A DNA stretch of 62,086 nucleotides, counting the filler. It is 14 parts of 14 records of this genome, joined end to end, with 100 filler letters (N's around TTAATTAATTAA, not from the genome) between each part and the next. Parts side by side here need not be neighbours in the genome. Positions count along the whole stretch, not along the records: positions 58,042 to 62,086 come from SRR7504441_22180; 13 more parts are not named here. One strand, 5' to 3'. Each line of letters opens with the position of its first letter. The first letter of the stretch is position 1. A program made the translations under genes and the position numbers. Of this stretch, positions 58,241-62,086 are shown piece after piece. The notes below the pieces were generated by a model that was not told the DNA's origin, searched no databases, and was given only the letters and a program-made list of their open reading frames with translations.

Positions 58241-61200
58241 TCAGAAGACGAGTTGGCCAACCATTTCAACACTACCGAAAAGGTGTGGGATGCCCCATGA
58301 GGCGAGCGCCCCAACCAGCAGGTTGGCCCCGAGCTCGCCCAGCACCCGGATCGTGTTGCGCAGAGAGATGTTCACGCCCTTGCGCACCCCGGGCTGCCGG
58401 CCAGTCAGCGGCTGCCAGCCAGTTGCACGCACCTTGCCCTTGCCCGTGGCGCCGCTCAGGGTGAGCGAGCGGAGCATGGCTTCCGAGGCGACCAGATATA
58501 CCTGCGCTCCCACTCGGCTCGGCCCACGGGCCAGGCCGCACCTTGGAGAGCATCCATTGGACACTGAGCAGGATCGCGATCCCGGCGCTCCAACGGACAC
58601 TGGCCAGCAGCATCGAGCTGGGCAGGCTGGGTTGCGCAGCACGCATCACTGCGGGGCTGGTGTAGCCGAGCAGGAACCCGGCACCAAACCCGCTCATCTT
58701 GACAGCGAGCACGAACGTGCTGTTCAGGTGTGGCCGACGGGGCACTGGGTGCAGCAGCAGAGCGGCCGCTGTGATTGCCAGGATCCACCACGGGCTCTGG
58801 GCGCTTAGGATGGCCATGTCGATTCCAGCGGCCTGCCCGAGCCAGATCCGGAGCAGCAGCGCACCCATAAAGCAGCCGCCTTGCACGTCGGCCGGCGACG
58901 AGCGGCCGTAGTAGAGCCGGGAGGTAACCACAAGGAAGGTGAGTATGAAGGTGGCTCCAAATGTTCTGAAGAGGCTGGTCGGATTCTCGCTCTCCCAGAG
59001 CCACACAGACCCGTACAGGCACCGGAGCAGGAAGAAGGGCAGGCAACTGGCCGACATGCAGTGCAGCGACGGCCAGCCAAAGTCGGAGTCGCCCGCACCG
59101 GGCGGCCGGCGGAGGCAGAACACGTTCTTGGTGAACGAGCCGACGTAGACGAGCACCACGTAGAGTGTGATGAGCATCCGGCCGAGCTTTGGGTCGACAT
59201 TCCAGTTGAGCCAGAGCCCGAGCGAGAGCCAGGCGTACTCGGATCCACAGAGCGAGAAGCAGAGCATCATGAAGTCCAGGATCGGGTTGCGCAGGTGGTT
59301 GAGGAAGAGCAGAGTGGTGTTCTGGCCCCACTGCACCTGGTCCTCCAGGTGGTCGCGCGCGTTCTTGACCGCCCAGTTGAAGAAGGCAAACATCGGCACT
59401 GACACGTACGAGTTATGCGAGTAGATGGCTTGGTCGCTCCAGTCTAGCCCGGGCAGCTTCTTGAGACTGTCCTCTCCATTTAAACTTCTGCGCCGCGAGC
59501 CGCTCCGCTGGAGGGTTGGGTCGTAGATCAGGCCAAGGCTCACGCTGCCGCTTCGCCTGTGTGTGCGAGGCGGCGACTTGCCAGTGCTCTCACTACGGAT
59601 CCGCCCATTTTGCTCTTTGGTGCTCTCAGAAGCTTTGCTATCCAGGTGGAGCGAGGTGAGCGAAGGCACGCTCATGGATGGCGAGATCGATGGAGACGAC
59701 TCGCGTGAGCGACGGGACGGCTTGATTTGGCTCTCAGCGATGGCGGTGGAGAGTGCATCAGCAAGCTTCTCAGCCACGCTGGTGAGCAGCGGGCCGGTGA
59801 GGTCGGCCGAGGCGCACAACCGGAGTGCAGGGCTCGGCCTCGAGCGCTCGATCGAGGAGAATCGGGCCTGTGTGATTGCCAGTTTGGACTCCGACTCGAG
59901 CAGGCTGCGCGCCACGGCGTCGACAGAGCTCTCAGTGGCGCCCAGCCAGCGGAGGTGCATCATAGGCGAGCTGTGGTGGCCAGTCACTTCGAGCCCTGGG
60001 ATCACTTTGAGCGCGGCGCGCAGCGTGCTCGTGGCGGTGCACAGCCTCTCACGCCGATCCGAATCATTGTCCAGGCACCTGATCGCTTCGGTGGCCGCGG
60101 TGCACAGGAACGGAGGCAGCGATGCCGAGAAGCAGTACCCCGAACCGGACAGCCGCTGGTGCTCAACCACGGTCTCCGACCCGCAGCAGAATCCGCCCAC
60201 TGCGGCGCAGCACGTCTCGAGCGAACCGACCAGGATCTCAGCGTGCGACGAGTCGAGCCCAAAGTGCTCCAGGCTGCCACGGCCAGTCGGCCCGAGCACC
60301 CCGAACCCGAGTGAGTCGTCCAGGATCATCCGGAGCGCGTGCCGTTGCTTGAGTCGGACTAGCTGGTCCAGTGGGGCCAGATCACCAGAGTTGGCAAACA
60401 CGCCCTCAGTCACCAGAAAGCGCCGGCGGATCGCCTTCTTGGTGAGCCTGGCAGAGTACAGCCCGTCCTCACGCTCGAGCTCGGCCAGCACCTTCTCCAG
60501 GTGCTCCATATCGTTGTGCCGGTACCAGTACAGCTTGGCCCGCGAGAGCGCGGCCCCGACCTGAGCCGAGTAGCTGATCCCATCGTCGATCACCAGCACG
60601 TCGGTCTGCTTGGCAAACGCAGGAATTACCGATGAGATGGTCGCCGAGCCGAACGAGTACAGGATGGCGCCCTCGGTCCGCATAAAGTCGGCGATCGCTT
60701 TCTCGAGCCCGAGGTGCTGCTCGAGAGTCCCGTAGAAGCCTCGAGGCCCACACGAGCCCACACCGAACGTTGAGATAACCTCGGCCGCCGCCTCCAGGAT
60801 CGGCCGGTGCATGCGCAGCCCGAGGAAGTTGTACGTGGAGAGCTGGACCACTCCTTCCCGGAGCAGCTCGCCGGAGTTTGGCCGCCACGCGCTCAGTTGG
60901 TCGGAGGGCGGCGCGAGAGGTTCCGGGCTCCACTCAGGCAGCGCGTCCATGTCGAGCGGCTTGCGCGGCTTGGCGGGCGAGGCCGGCAGGGCCGGTTTGG
61001 CTTTTGTGTAGCACACGCCTACTGTCTTGCACACCATCTCGATCTTGTCAAGCGCCCAGTCCAGATCCTCAGTCGTGTGAGACGCCGAGATGCAGAACCG
61101 AGCCCTCGAGAGCAGCAGCGGGACAGCCGGAAACCCGACGACCACTGCGGCAATCTCACGCTCAAAGCACTCGCGCGAGAACTCGAACATCTTGTTTGGG

Positions 61201-62086
61201 TGGTAGAGCATGGCCGGGATGACGGGTGAGTCGCCAGGCCCGAGCACCACGCACCCGATCTTCCGGAGCCCATTGTAGAACTGAGCCGAGTTCCTCTTGA
61301 GCTGGGCGATCTTGTCGCGCCCGCGGGTGGAGCCGTCCTCGCCCATGATCAGCTGGAGCGCCCGGAACGCCTGCACGGCGCACGGTGGCGACATGCCGGA
61401 GGAGTAGATGGCCGAGGCTGACTTGTTCCGGAGGATGTCAATCACCTGCTGCGAGGCGGCGATGTAACCTCCGAACGAGCCAAACGACTTGGTCAGCGTG
61501 CCCATCATGATGTCCACCTCCGACGGGTCCACCCCGAGCCGCTCGCACACCCCCCTGCGCCAAACCGGTCAGCGAGTCAGTCGCACAGCCAGCGCCGACC
61601 TGCCGCTGTCGCCGATAGCACCAATTGAATGGGCTTCATCCAGATACAGGTAGGCGTTGTGCTTGTTCTTGACCTGCACGATCTCGGGCAGCCGGCAGAT
61701 CTCGCCCTCCATCGAGTAGACGCCCTCCACAATCACCAGGATCTTAGTCCACGGCTTGCCGCTCCCAGGCTGGCCCTTGAGCCGGCTCTGGTAGAGCACC
61801 CTGTCCAAGTCGGCCGGGTCGTTGTGCCCAAATACCTTGACCTAACCAGATGCTCGGCCCCAGCCGGACCCTAACCCCAACCCTAACCCTAAAGGTGCAT
61901 TGCCTTGGCCGCCGCCGCTCGGGCACCCTCGACAATCGAGGTGTGGTTGAGCGAATCGGAGATGATCAGGCTGCCTGGGCCCATCAGCGCGGGCAGCGTG
62001 TGCGAATTGGTCGCGAAACCCATCCCATACACCATGCTCGCCTGCCCGCCGTCGGGCCAGCCGCCCAGCCCAGCCGCCCAGCCCAG
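58241..62086 (-). CDS. Serine palmitoyltransferase LCB2-LCB1 fusion with a C-terminal PAP2 (sphingosine-1-phosphate phosphatase-like) domain (5' partial)
   Basis: LCB2: [27 protein letters not shown] (PLP Lys). LCB1: [26 protein letters not shown]2: [21 protein letters not shown]. The C-terminal part of LCB2, all of LCB1 and PAP2 lie in one uninterrupted ORF. Confidence 0.93.
61869..61893. repeat. Interstitial telomere-like (CCCTAA)n tract inside intron 61842-61903
   Basis: ccctaaccccaaccctaaccctaaa. Confidence 0.75.

Noticed and set aside
8144-61935. Numerous long overlapping or antisense ORFs in the track (e.g. 35473-36483, 59563-60564, 10330-11181)
   Set aside because: Shadow ORFs expected from high GC and codon bias opposite real genes; no motifs.
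1-62086. rRNA, tRNA, CRISPR arrays, transposases or reverse transcriptases
   Set aside because: None recognised by eye; a covariance-model and HMM scan would be needed to exclude them.

Overview
This window is not one locus. It is 14 short contigs (about 3.4-7.7 kb) joined by an artificial 100-nt spacer (N44-TTAATTAATTAA-N44), so synteny only holds within a contig. The DNA is nuclear genomic sequence from a GC-rich, gene-dense microbial eukaryote, with many 36-62-nt GT-AG/GC-AG introns and very short intergenic spacers. Housekeeping genes include VPS53, Tudor-SN, INTS3, KRI1, a nucleolin-like 3' end, a subtilisin, a GH2 hydrolase, and RING, F-box and ankyrin proteins. Five things stand out. 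(1) An axonemal outer-arm dynein heavy chain gene is shattered in place: about 14 stop-free fragments lie in roughly native order with large deletions and local inversions, two of which have near-exact breakpoints. Two other contigs show similar collapse. (2) An intronless TmpA-like Fe/2OG dioxygenase is fused to a PhnZ/TmpB-like HD oxygenase (a candidate one-chain C-P bond cleavage enzyme) and sits directly downstream of a membrane-anchored histidine acid phosphatase. (3) An intron-containing ArsJ-type GAPDH and an ArsJ transporter form a head-to-head pair. (4) A serine palmitoyltransferase is an LCB2-LCB1-PAP2 fusion whose phosphatase domain lacks the catalytic His. (5) A YAACGG motif recurs next to start codons, including in ultra-short divergent promoters. 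All family calls come from motif recognition by eye; no searches were run.
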